A DNA stretch of 61,756 bases, counting the filler. It is 4 parts of 4 records of this genome, joined end to end, with 100 filler letters (N's around TTAATTAATTAA, not from the genome) between each part and the next. Parts side by side here need not be neighbours in the genome. Positions count along the whole stretch, not along the records: positions 1 to 16,820 come from SRR31156797_207; 3 more parts are not named here. One strand, written 5' to 3'. The first letter of the stretch is position 1. Each line of letters starts with the position of its first letter. Below the pieces are notes generated by a model. The model was not told the DNA's origin. It saw only the letters and a list, made by a program, of their open reading frames with translations, and made no database searches. Position numbers and translations under genes: made by a program. Of the stretch, positions 6,683 through 15,811 are shown piece by piece.

Positions 6683-9206
6683 GGGTAAACAGACGGTGAA
6701 AGATAACTTTCTCGTCGCTCTTGCCGGACAGCAGAATGCCGGTAAATCAACAACATACAATATGGTTACCGGGGCCAACCAGCATGTGGCCAACTATCCC
6801 GGTGTAACTGTAGATAAAAAAGTGGGAAGCTATCGAGAAGGAAAGACCCGTTATGAAGTGGTTGACCTTCCCGGCACTTACAGTCTTACATCTTTTTCCC
6901 TTGAGGAAAGGGTTTCTCGCGAATTCCTTCTGGAAGAGAAGCCTGATGTGGTCGTAAACGTCATGGATGCTACCTGTTTGCGTCGCAGTTTGTATTTCAC
7001 CTTTCAGGTTCTGGAGATGAATTTTCCGGTCACCGTAGCCCTGAACATGATGGATGTTGCCGCAAGTCAGGGTCTGTCAATTGATTTGAAAGAACTTACC
7101 AACCGTCTTGGTGTTGACGTCGTCGCTACCGTAGGGCGCAAGGGTAAAGGTAAGCAGGCCTTGAAGGCTGCTATTCGCAAGGCTGTTAATCAGGAAGCAT
7201 ATTCCCGTCCGGTGGTTATTGATTACGGTGATCTTGAGACTCATGCGAAAGCCCTTGAAGAGCAGCTAGCAGCAGATCCCAGTCTTGGTGTGCTTTATCC
7301 TTTGCGCTGGATGGCGATCAAGCTTCTGGAAAATGATGCTGAAGCCAGAAGAATAGTTGAGAGTAAGCATGTAAAGGGCAAAACCATCATCGAAGATGCT
7401 CTTTCCCGGAGGATGGCTTTTGAAGATGAAACCGGTGTTGATACCAGCGACTACATTGTTGCCTGCCGTGACAGGGTGGCTGGGGAAATCGTTGATGCCT
7501 GCGTCACCAAGGAAGAAGACTCCGGGCAGCCTATTTCCGAAAGAATCGACCATTGGGTTCTGAACCGTGCCTTGGCACCGTTCTTTCTGCTTGCTACTGT
7601 TTATCTTATCTATGAGCTTTCCATTGTTCAGGGGTACGAGCTGACCAAATATACATGGCCGTTCTTAGCCAAGTTCCGGGATATTGTTGCATCCATTCTG
7701 CCTCCGGCCGGATTGATAGAGGATTCCCTGTTGCGGTCCATGGTCCTCTGGATGGTGGACAGTGCCAACACCCTGCTTAACTATGTCCCCATTTTCCTGA
7801 TCCTGTTTGCGTTGATCGCCATTTTAGAAGACTCAGGTTACATGGCCCGAATTGCCTTTATTCTGGATCGTATTTTCCACAGCTTCGGGTTACATGGTCA
7901 ATCGACCCTGCCGTTTATTCTCGGTGGTGTTTTTGCCGGGGGCTGCGCTGTTCCGGGGATTATGTCCACTAAAGGTATTCCTGATGAGCGCTCAAGGCTG
8001 GCAACCATCCTGACCGTTCCGTTCATGAATTGCCTGGCCAAAATTCCGCTCTACACCCTTTTGGTGAACATTTATTTTGCAGACCATAAGTCATGGGCAA
8101 TGTTCTTTATCTCTACCATTACCATCATCATGGCCCTGATCATTGCAAAAATCCTGACCACAACGGTCCTCAAAGGGCGTGAAACCGCTCCTTTTATCAT
8201 GGAAATGCCTAACTATCATGCGCCAACTTTCTTTGGAGTGGCTCAGAGGGCTTTGGAAAGAACCTGGGAGTACATTAAAAAGGTCGGTTCCATTGTTGTT
8301 GCGGTTTCACTTTGTGTCTTTTCTCTGCTGCAGTTCCCCGGACTAAGCGAGGAGCGCATGGATTATTACGAAACTGAGATGACCAAAGCAGTTGCAAATT
8401 TTGATTCCAAGGTTGTGGGTAATGGATATGCCCATCTTGCTACTGGTGATAACATGCTGCCGCTCCTTAATCTTTATGATGATTACAAGCGGGCTCGCAT
8501 GAATGCTTCCGGTAGAGAAGGAGCAGCGCGGGTGGACAGATCATTTAAAGAAGCTAATCCGGATACTTTTGTTTTGATCAAACCACGAGGCGATAAGTCT
8601 GCCAAGGTTGTGAACCGCGCTTTGCGCAAAGTTTCCACCGCACGGAAATCACTGCGCCGTAAGATCAAAGAAGAAAAGATCAAGACTTCTTTCTTCGGTA
8701 TGATCGGGCGTTCACTTGAGCCTGTAACCAAGTATGCAGGTTTTGACTGGAAAATAAATATCGCTCTGATCAGTTCCTTTGCTGCTCGTGAATCCTCCGT
8801 AGCGACCATGGGTGTGCTTTATCAGCAAGGAGCTGATGACAACCAGACCCTCGAACAGCGCATGGATAACGAGAGTCAGCACAACGGCATGAATTCTCTG
8901 CACGCCCTTGCAGTTATTCTCTTCTTTGCCCTGTATCCTCCCTGCCTTGCGGCTACCATTATGGTCAAGGTGCAGACTGGGTCTTACAAGTGGATGGTCT
9001 TTGCCATATTCTTTCCCACGGCGGTGGGTTTTGGGGTGGCCTCTTCGGTATTCACTTTGGGCAATGCCATCGGGGCAAGCGGTATAACCATGATGAAGGG
9101 ATTCTATGTGCTGGCCTTGTCCGTGGCTCTGCTAATCGCACTGGTGCATAAGATCGTATCGGATAAGGTTTCGACATCCTATGAATATCAACCAAGTAAC
9201 CAATAA
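6672..9206 (+). CDS. feoB: ferrous iron transport protein B (long form)
   Basis: GQQNAGKS, NYPGVT, DLPG, NMMD GTPase motifs; LEDSGYMAR, GCAVP, PFMNC, LYPPC gate motifs. Confidence 0.96.
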   Translation: MNAEGKQTVKDNFLVALAGQQNAGKSTTYNMVTGANQHVANYPGVTVDKKVGSYREGKTRYEVVDLPGTYSLTSFSLEERVSREFLLEEKPDVVVNVMDATCLRRSLYFTFQVLEMNFPVTVALNMMDVAASQGLSIDLKELTNRLGVDVVATVGRKGKGKQALKAAIRKAVNQEAYSRPVVIDYGDLETHAKALEEQLAADPSLGVLYPLRWMAIKLLENDAEARRIVESKHVKGKTIIEDALSRRMAFEDETGVDTSDYIVACRDRVAGEIVDACVTKEEDSGQPISERIDHWVLNRALAPFFLLATVYLIYELSIVQGYELTKYTWPFLAKFRDIVASILPPAGLIEDSLLRSMVLWMVDSANTLLNYVPIFLILFALIAILEDSGYMARIAFILDRIFHSFGLHGQSTLPFILGGVFAGGCAVPGIMSTKGIPDERSRLATILTVPFMNCLAKIPLYTLLVNIYFADHKSWAMFFISTITIIMALIIAKILTTTVLKGRETAPFIMEMPNYHAPTFFGVAQRALERTWEYIKKVGSIVVAVSLCVFSLLQFPGLSEERMDYYETEMTKAVANFDSKVVGNGYAHLATGDNMLPLLNLYDDYKRARMNASGREGAARVDRSFKEANPDTFVLIKPRGDKSAKVVNRALRKVSTARKSLRRKIKEEKIKTSFFGMIGRSLEPVTKYAGFDWKINIALISSFAARESSVATMGVLYQQGADDNQTLEQRMDNESQHNGMNSLHALAVILFFALYPPCLAATIMVKVQTGSYKWMVFAIFFPTAVGFGVASSVFTLGNAIGASGITMMKGFYVLALSVALLIALVHKIVSDKVSTSYEYQPSNQ

Positions 9207-9224
9207 AAGTCTCAGGAGACAGCT

Positions 9225-9548
9225 ATGAAAAAGATAATTTCTAAACTCGTTGTGGTAGCTGGATTGATTGCTCTTTCCGCTACTGCCGCTCTGGCCCATT
9301 CCCCCTTATGCAGTTGTTTTGATAACGGCGACGGCACTGTTCTTTGCGAAGGAGGGTTTTCTGACGGTTCTTCTGCTACCGGTGTTAAAATCTTTGTGCG
9401 AGATGACTCCGGGGCAGTTATCCTTAAAGGAGCAATGAATGAAAATAGTGAATTTGAATTCAAGAAGCCCGCAGGTCACTACACTGTTACTTTTGATGGT
9501 GGCGAAGGTCATTCTATTGAAATTGATGGTTCCGATATTGTTGAATAA
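9225..9548 (+). CDS. small secreted protein (FeoB/DUF4198-associated)
   Basis: Signal peptide ending ALA-H, then HSPLCSCFD..CEGGFSDGS and FDGGEGH; AGGAG RBS. Confidence 0.8.
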   Translation: MKKIISKLVVVAGLIALSATAALAHSPLCSCFDNGDGTVLCEGGFSDGSSATGVKIFVRDDSGAVILKGAMNENSEFEFKKPAGHYTVTFDGGEGHSIEIDGSDIVE

Positions 9549-9665
9549 TCGGTTCTTCTGCATGCATTCTGAGCGTTCCATGGTGCGTGTAGTTAATCCC
9601 TAAAGTTAAAAAATTTTCTTTATCTTTTGATAAAGAGGATCAAAATCACAATCAGGAGAAATAAG

Positions 9666-10490
9666 ATGAAAATGAAGGTAGTTTTTCTTAACCTGCTGTT
9701 GGTTGTTGCCATGGCGGTTCCCGCTTCTGCACACTTTCAGATGATCTACACCCCCGAAATTGCAAAGACCAAGGGTGCTGAAACCGATGTTAAGCTCGTT
9801 TTCACCCATCCCTTTGAAGCAGGGCATACCATGAAGATGGGCATGCCAGAAGAATTCTACATGCTGCACCAGAAAGGAGAAGAAGGTAAAACCAAAAAGT
9901 ACGACCTCACAAAGCTGCTCAAGCCCATCACCTGGACCAGCCTGACAAACTCCGGTGAAGCTTATGAAGCAAAGCTGCCCAAGAAGATTGTACGTTCCAT
10001 GGGTGACTACACTCTGGTTCTGGTTCCCGCTCCTTACTACGAAGGTGAAGAAGATATCTACATCCAGCAGATTACCAAAACTTACATGAACGTTGGTGGC
10101 TTGCCCGGTAACTGGGCCGCTCCTGCCGGATTAAAAACCGAATGGGTTCCTCTTGTTAAGCCTTACGCTATGTGGACCGGTATGACCTTCAAAGCTCAGC
10201 TCCTTTCCGACGGTAAGCCCGTTTCTAATGCTGATGTTGAAGTTGAGTACATGAACCACGAACCTGACATGAAAAACAATGCATTCAACAAAGAAGAAAA
10301 AGCTCACGCTCCTCATGATGCATTCGTAACCATGGGTGTTAAAACCGATGCTCAGGGTTACGTAACTTTCACTGTTCCTAAAGCGGGCTGGTGGGGCTTC
10401 TGCGCGCTGGGTTCCGGACCTGACAAAGAGTTCAAGGGTAAAGAACTCTCTCAGGATGCTGTAATCTGGATCAAAGCAGTAGATATGTAG
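9666..10490 (+). CDS. DUF4198 (NikM-like) periplasmic metal-binding protein
   Basis: Signal peptide ASA-HFQM, FTHPF, KTDAQGYVTF..PKAGWWGFCAL. Confidence 0.85.
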   Translation: MKMKVVFLNLLLVVAMAVPASAHFQMIYTPEIAKTKGAETDVKLVFTHPFEAGHTMKMGMPEEFYMLHQKGEEGKTKKYDLTKLLKPITWTSLTNSGEAYEAKLPKKIVRSMGDYTLVLVPAPYYEGEEDIYIQQITKTYMNVGGLPGNWAAPAGLKTEWVPLVKPYAMWTGMTFKAQLLSDGKPVSNADVEVEYMNHEPDMKNNAFNKEEKAHAPHDAFVTMGVKTDAQGYVTFTVPKAGWWGFCALGSGPDKEFKGKELSQDAVIWIKAVDM

Positions 10491-10516
10491 TTTGGATTAT
10501 TAAAGCGAGTATGGAA

Positions 10517-10553
10517 AAGCCCCGGAAGGATAGATCCTTCCGGGGCTTATTTT
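10517..10553. terminator. bidirectional intrinsic terminator
   Basis: Perfect 15-bp inverted repeat AAGCCCCGGAAGGAT/ATCCTTCCGGGGCTT between convergent genes. Confidence 0.85.
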
Positions 10554-10556
10554 CTT

Positions 10557-10583
10557 TGGTCCCCGAAGGGCCGCCGAAGGCAT
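10557..10583 (-). repeat. 27-bp REP-like repeat, copy 2
   Basis: TGGTCCCCGAAGGGCCGCCGAAGGCAT, 26/27 identical to 4-30. Confidence 0.75.
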
Positions 10584-10585
10584 TC

Positions 10586-11797
10586 TTAATCAGTATCCCT
10601 GTCGCGTAATCCGATCAGGTAGAGAATGGAATCCAGTCCGAAATGGGAGATGGACTGGCGGGCGTCCTGCTTTACTTTGGGCTTGGCGTGAAAGGCGATC
10701 CCGAGTCCGGCAATGGAGAGCATGGGCAGGTCGTTGGCCCCGTCACCCACGGCAATGGACTGCTGCAGGCTGATCTGTTCTTTTTCAGCGATCTTGCGCA
10801 GTAATTCAGCTTTCTTGGCTCCGTCCACAATGTCTCCGATAACTCCGCCGGTCAGCTTGCCGTCCTTGATTTCAAGGCGGTTGGCGTAAACATAATCCAC
10901 ACCCAGCTTTTCCTGCAGCTTTTCACCGAAATAGGTGAACCCACCGGAGATGATGGCGGTCTTGTAGCCGAATTTTTTCAGGTTGGAGATTAGTCGCTCA
11001 GCCCCTTCGGTAATGGGCAGCTTGCGGGCGATATCTTCCATGACATTTTCATCAAGCCCTTTGAGGGTTGCCAGACGCTGGCGCAGGCTTTCCTTGAAAT
11101 CGATCTCGCCGCGCATGGCTGACTCGGTGATCTGGCTGACAATCTTGCCGGATCCTGCTGCCTTGGCCAGCTCATCGATTACTTCGGCCTGAATGAGGGT
11201 GGAGTCCATGTCAAAGGCGACAAGCCGTCTGTTCCTGCGGAACACGTTGTCTTCCTGAAGGGCGATATCCACCTGATCTTCAGCAGCCATTTCCAGAAAA
11301 TTGGAACGCATACGGTCCAGATCTTCAGGCACACCGCGGATGGAGAATTCAACGCAGGCATGGCGCGGCGCAGGTTCTCCGTTCATAGGAATACGTCCGG
11401 ACAGGCGGTGAATCATATCAATGTTCAACCCGTTGTCGGCTATAATTTGGGAAATTCTTGAGATGTGCGCCCCGGTTAGTTTGTGGCCCACAAGAGTGGC
11501 AATGTGTCTGGGTTTCCCCTGTGCGTCTACCCAGTCCATGTATTTATCGGCTTCAGTCGGCTTGAATCTGACGTTGACCCCCAGTTCGTAACCTTTGAAC
11601 ATGATGTCCTTGAGCACCGGGGCGGATTCCGCCTCGCGGGGAATGCGGATCAGTATGCCAAGTACCAACTGGCTGTGAATCACACTCTGGCCGATATCCA
11701 GAATATCAATGCCGTAGCCTGCCAGAACCCCTGTGAGAGCAGAAGTCAGGCCGGGTTTGTCCTCGCCGGAGATTTGAATGAGAATTATTTCGGGCAT
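10586..11797 (-). CDS. serB: phosphoserine phosphatase with two ACT domains
   Basis: GEDKPGL ACT start; FDMDSTLI, SGGF and GDGANDL HAD motifs. Confidence 0.95.
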   Translation of the reverse strand: MPEIILIQISGEDKPGLTSALTGVLAGYGIDILDIGQSVIHSQLVLGILIRIPREAESAPVLKDIMFKGYELGVNVRFKPTEADKYMDWVDAQGKPRHIATLVGHKLTGAHISRISQIIADNGLNIDMIHRLSGRIPMNGEPAPRHACVEFSIRGVPEDLDRMRSNFLEMAAEDQVDIALQEDNVFRRNRRLVAFDMDSTLIQAEVIDELAKAAGSGKIVSQITESAMRGEIDFKESLRQRLATLKGLDENVMEDIARKLPITEGAERLISNLKKFGYKTAIISGGFTYFGEKLQEKLGVDYVYANRLEIKDGKLTGGVIGDIVDGAKKAELLRKIAEKEQISLQQSIAVGDGANDLPMLSIAGLGIAFHAKPKVKQDARQSISHFGLDSILYLIGLRDRDTD

Positions 11798-11985
11798 GGT
11801 TGTTTTCCTGAATAGGTTAGATGGCGGACTTTCTCATAAAATGAAGCTACAGTAAACATTCGGAGTGTTGATAAGTCTACCTGATCGGGGGAAGCACAAA
11901 AATTATCTTCTAGCTTGCTCCTTTTCCGTAGGGATCGTATGATACAGAGAAGCCCCTTTCTATATTGAACCCCGGATAGATAGTT

Positions 11986-13377
11986 ATGAGCAACAAAAAG
12001 AAAAGCGCAGACGTGTCTTCCTATGAAGCTGAAGGTCCGCTTGGAGAAGGATTTCATCTTTCTACAGGCCCGGGACCAGAGAAAATGTTGCAGATACAGC
12101 GGCGTATCCATGAGAAAATGGATGACTATAAAGATTACAGCTTTTCTGCAACTGAAAAACGGGCTTTAATGATTTTTTTTGATCTTGCACAGGAATTTGA
12201 TTCGCTGGAAGATTTCTTTGCCGTCTGTACTGCAGTGCCGAGGTCCCTTTTCAATTTAGATTGCAGGCTTTATCTGGCCATGGGACCGGATGAATTTGTT
12301 CCAGTAGGTCGTACTGAGAGCCGAGCACCGGTTTGCAGTTCTGTCCCCTTAGAGAAGGTTTTTCGGGCCGGTCATCTGTTTATTCCCATTCGCGGTAATC
12401 TTGAGTTGGTCGACCAGCTTCCTTTTAAACCCGCCGGGGATGTGATCGGTTGTTTTGAATTCTATAAGATGGAGAATCTTTCAGACCACCAGTCATTGTT
12501 TTTTGAAAAATTCGTCAACCGGGTCGGCTTCCAGTTACATAGCAAGATCTTGCGTCGCAAGGGACAGGAACATCTCGAATTCGTGCGTAATTTGGTCAAG
12601 GACGTGGGGCATAACGTCATTGTTCCTAATATGTATTTTAAGCTGTTTTACAACAGATTGCGTGACCGTATTGAAAATATCCGTAAATTGGAATCCGACA
12701 TTGAAGGGAAGAGCATAACGAAAATACGCACTGATCTTGATCGGCTATACAACGGACTGGTCAGCCAGTTCAATGAAATCCATAGCCATTACGAGCAGAC
12801 CAGTCTTTTTCTTGAAACTCTATTGCGGCGACAGCATTTTGAAGAAGGGCGCTATATTGTTGAAAAGCGGCCTTGCAACCTGCTCAAGCAGATAATTGAA
12901 CCGCAACTTGAACGTTATCGCTCCCGGTTTGAGGATCGCGGCATCAGGCTTGATATAAGCATGGGCGGTGTGCCGGATCGCGAAGTGCGTATTGTTGCAG
13001 ATGTGGGGCTTATATCGCAAGTCTACGCCAATCTTTTTTCCAACGCTGTCAAATATACCCGTGATGAGACCATGTGTGACGGGCGGAGGGATAAATTCGC
13101 CGCATACGGCTGGGATATGGTCAAGGATTACTTTCGTAACGGCTGGGACGGCTTGAAACTCAATGTTTATACCACTGGCCCGCATATTTTGGAACAGGAC
13201 CGGGAGATGCTTTTTCAGCCCGGTTTCCGCAGTGATAATGTTGGTAATGAGTATGGCTCCGGTCACGGTTTGTTCTTTGTGCGTCAGGTGGTGGAATTGC
13301 ACGGAGGAGAGGTTGGATATGAGCCTCAGGATGGCGGAAACAATTTTTACTTTATTCTCCCGTTGGGAGAAAGTTAG
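11986..13377 (+). CDS. cytoplasmic sensor histidine kinase (orphan)
   Basis: NLFSNAVKY N-box, LFQPGF, GSGHGL G2-box, HGG; putative H-box VGHNV; no TM segment. Confidence 0.85.
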   Translation: MSNKKKSADVSSYEAEGPLGEGFHLSTGPGPEKMLQIQRRIHEKMDDYKDYSFSATEKRALMIFFDLAQEFDSLEDFFAVCTAVPRSLFNLDCRLYLAMGPDEFVPVGRTESRAPVCSSVPLEKVFRAGHLFIPIRGNLELVDQLPFKPAGDVIGCFEFYKMENLSDHQSLFFEKFVNRVGFQLHSKILRRKGQEHLEFVRNLVKDVGHNVIVPNMYFKLFYNRLRDRIENIRKLESDIEGKSITKIRTDLDRLYNGLVSQFNEIHSHYEQTSLFLETLLRRQHFEEGRYIVEKRPCNLLKQIIEPQLERYRSRFEDRGIRLDISMGGVPDREVRIVADVGLISQVYANLFSNAVKYTRDETMCDGRRDKFAAYGWDMVKDYFRNGWDGLKLNVYTTGPHILEQDREMLFQPGFRSDNVGNEYGSGHGLFFVRQVVELHGGEVGYEPQDGGNNFYFILPLGES

Positions 13378-13743
13378 TCTTCGTATGCTTTATTTGAAAC
13401 AGATTCATCTATTTTGTACTGGTGTTACTTATTAAGAATAGGTTGGTTGTTTTTATGTCGTGCGTTTTTGCTATGTTTATAACCTGCAAATCAATAAGAA
13501 GTACAATTGTACGCATTTGTTGTGTGCCTGTGATTAATTTATCTTAAGCATTTTACATTCTTTTTAGTCTGTATTGGAGTGTGCTATTTTATTGTTTTGC
13601 CAGTTTATAAATTTCATGGTAGCCATTTAATATATTGTTCGTAAGAGATAGATTGTGTGCATAAAAACGATCTTCTTTATAGGATTAATTGATTTAAAGA
13701 TGATTAATAGTTGTTTTTGACTTTGCTTTCACAGGAGGTAAGC

Positions 13744-14430
13744 GTGTCAAAGTGGTTTGATGAAAGCTTGGAGAGAATCAAGAAGGCTACCGGAACAAGA
13801 ACTCAGGTTCAGCTTGCCGAAATTTTGAATATTCGACAGTCCAGCATCTCCGATGCCAAAAGAAGAAGCTCTATTCCGGCTGAATGGTTCATCAAGCTGT
13901 ACAGGACCCACGGACTGAACCCAGAATGGCTTTCCGACGGAATCGAGCCTGTATACCTGAAGCCCGGTAAGGGTAAAATTGCTGCTGACCAGATTCTGAG
14001 TGAGACAACAGCCCAGTATGGTCAGGTGCAGTCCAGAGGCAGGATCGTGCCGGTTTCATCCATGGCCGGTGAAGATGCGGGAGCCGAAGTATGGAAGCCG
14101 CAGCAGGTTTCAGAACTCAGTATTCCAGAAACTTACTACCGCTCATCTCTGGTTGTCCTCAAGGCAGAAGGCTCTTCCATGGAACCCTCGGTGCGCCGGG
14201 ATGCTTTTGTAGGGATTGATGATTCCCAGAAGCGACTCATGGCCGGCGATATTTACGCTATCCATGTTCCTTATCAGGGAGTGGTTATCCGCCGGGTATT
14301 TTTTGATCCTGAGAATTCCCGTTTTATTCTTCGTCCTGATGATCCTCAGCACCCTGAGCAGTACATCCCGGTTGAGAATCACGAAAAACACGTGGTCGGA
14401 CGGGTTGTCTGGGTCATGCAAGAGCTTTAA
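13744..14430 (+). CDS. CI-like repressor, HTH + S24 peptidase domain
   Basis: QVQLAEILNIRQSSISDAKRR HTH, LNPEWL, GSSMEP, VVGRVVW; AGGAGG RBS before GTG 13744. Confidence 0.88.
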   Translation: MSKWFDESLERIKKATGTRTQVQLAEILNIRQSSISDAKRRSSIPAEWFIKLYRTHGLNPEWLSDGIEPVYLKPGKGKIAADQILSETTAQYGQVQSRGRIVPVSSMAGEDAGAEVWKPQQVSELSIPETYYRSSLVVLKAEGSSMEPSVRRDAFVGIDDSQKRLMAGDIYAIHVPYQGVVIRRVFFDPENSRFILRPDDPQHPEQYIPVENHEKHVVGRVVWVMQEL

Positions 14431-14454
14431 AATTTTTCTTTTTTGATTGTTAAG

Positions 14455-14485
14455 GAGGTTCGGTTTCTGCCGGACCTCTTTTTTT
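14455..14485 (+). terminator. intrinsic terminator
   Basis: GAGGTTCGG/CCGGACCTC stem followed by T7. Confidence 0.7.
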
Positions 14486-14598
14486 ATGCACAATGATACA
14501 TTTTTCACTAGACTTGATTTAGTGTTATCCTGTCCGTATTAAGGTTCAGCACCAAAACCCTTCCTTGGTCAGTCGACTTATAATCTGTGAGGAATAGA

Positions 14599-15447
14599 AT
14601 GAAAAAAATAACAGCTCCCGACATTACCGCTCTCAAGGGCCAGCGCAAGATTTCCATGGTAACTGCCTATGATTACCCCTCTGGGCAGATTGTAGATGCT
14701 GCAGAAGTGGATATGATCCTTGTTGGTGATTCATTGGGCATGGTTGTGCTCGGTTACGAAGATACTCTTTCCGTGACCATGGATGATATGCTGCACCATG
14801 CTGCGGCAGTTTCCCGTGGTGCCAAACGGGCGCTTATTGTCGGCGATTTGCCGTTTATGTCCTACCAGCCTTCGGTTCAGATGGCGGTGGAGAATGCCGG
14901 GAAATTCTTGAGTCGAACCGGAGCACGGGCAGTGAAACTGGAAGGGGGATTCCCTTTTCTGGAACATGTGCGGGCCATCATTGATTCAGGTGTGCCGGTG
15001 CAGGGTCATATCGGGCTGACCCCGCAGCATGTGGCCCGTTTCGGCGGGTTCAAGGCTCAGGGTAAGAATGCCCGTTCAGCGGCTGCCCTTGTGGATGAAG
15101 CTCTGGCTCTTGAGGCCGCAGGCTGTTTTTCCATAGTTCTGGAAGCAGTTCCCCATGAGGTGGCTCAAGAGATAACCGCAAGGCTTTCCATTCCTACCAT
15201 CGGCATTGGTGCCGGACCGGACACCGACGGACAGGTGCTGGTCTATCATGATATCCTCGGCTTGTTTGACCGTTTTGTACCTATGTTTGTTAAGAAATTT
15301 GCTCAACTGCGTGGGGAAAGTATTGATGCAGTCAAACGCTACATTGCAGAAGTCGACAATGGTTCTTTTCCCGCAGAAGGTAATTTCAGCCACATGGACC
15401 CTGAAGAGCTGAAAAGATTCAAAAGCTTATTGCAGGACAAAGTCTAA
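14599..15447 (+). CDS. panB: 3-methyl-2-oxobutanoate hydroxymethyltransferase
   Basis: TAYD, LVGDSLGM, VKLEGG, GHIGLTPQ, IGIGAG, DGQVLV. Confidence 0.97.
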   Translation: MKKITAPDITALKGQRKISMVTAYDYPSGQIVDAAEVDMILVGDSLGMVVLGYEDTLSVTMDDMLHHAAAVSRGAKRALIVGDLPFMSYQPSVQMAVENAGKFLSRTGARAVKLEGGFPFLEHVRAIIDSGVPVQGHIGLTPQHVARFGGFKAQGKNARSAAALVDEALALEAAGCFSIVLEAVPHEVAQEITARLSIPTIGIGAGPDTDGQVLVYHDILGLFDRFVPMFVKKFAQLRGESIDAVKRYIAEVDNGSFPAEGNFSHMDPEELKRFKSLLQDKV

Positions 15448-15535
15448 TATTCCGGGGCGGAATTGTTTTTTCACTGGCCCTTGAAGCTGTTCAAGTATAC
15501 TTTTATTATATCACTAACTAATTATGGAGGAAGCG

Positions 15536-15805
15536 ATGGCTGTATCTATTTTTGATCTCGGACTTTCCGTTGAAGCTAACTCTCTTTTCCTGCTGATCGA
15601 AGGCATGTTGGGCAGCAAAATTGATCCTAACAAGAACTGCAAGGCTGCTCCAGGCGGTGTGACCATTGAAGGCTGTCTTGAGAAATGGAATGGCGAGGAA
15701 AATGATTTTTTGGTTGCCATGAAAGAGCTTGTTGATGCCGGAATCCTCGCCGAAAATGATTCTGAGCTGCAGGTTAGTGCTCCTGAAAATTGGAAGAAAA
15801 AGTAG
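15536..15805 (+). CDS. hypothetical protein
   Basis: GGAGG RBS, codon usage like neighbours, fills the gap before the next gene. Confidence 0.7.
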   Translation: MAVSIFDLGLSVEANSLFLLIEGMLGSKIDPNKNCKAAPGGVTIEGCLEKWNGEENDFLVAMKELVDAGILAENDSELQVSAPENWKKK

Positions 15806-15811
15806 GTCTAA

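Noticed and set aside
32-9206. Magnetosome island (MamC-like protein plus feoAB)
   Set aside because: No core mam genes (mamA, B, E, K, M, O, P, Q) are visible; the ATPase/HMA/GxxxG set fits a ferrosome-type cluster better.
13744-14430. Prophage immunity region
   Set aside because: No cro, integrase or structural genes; the flanks are housekeeping genes.
14486-14598. pan RNA motif upstream of panB
   Set aside because: Only a weak CCAA/TTGG stem is visible; I could not match the motif by eye, and a covariance-model search would be needed.
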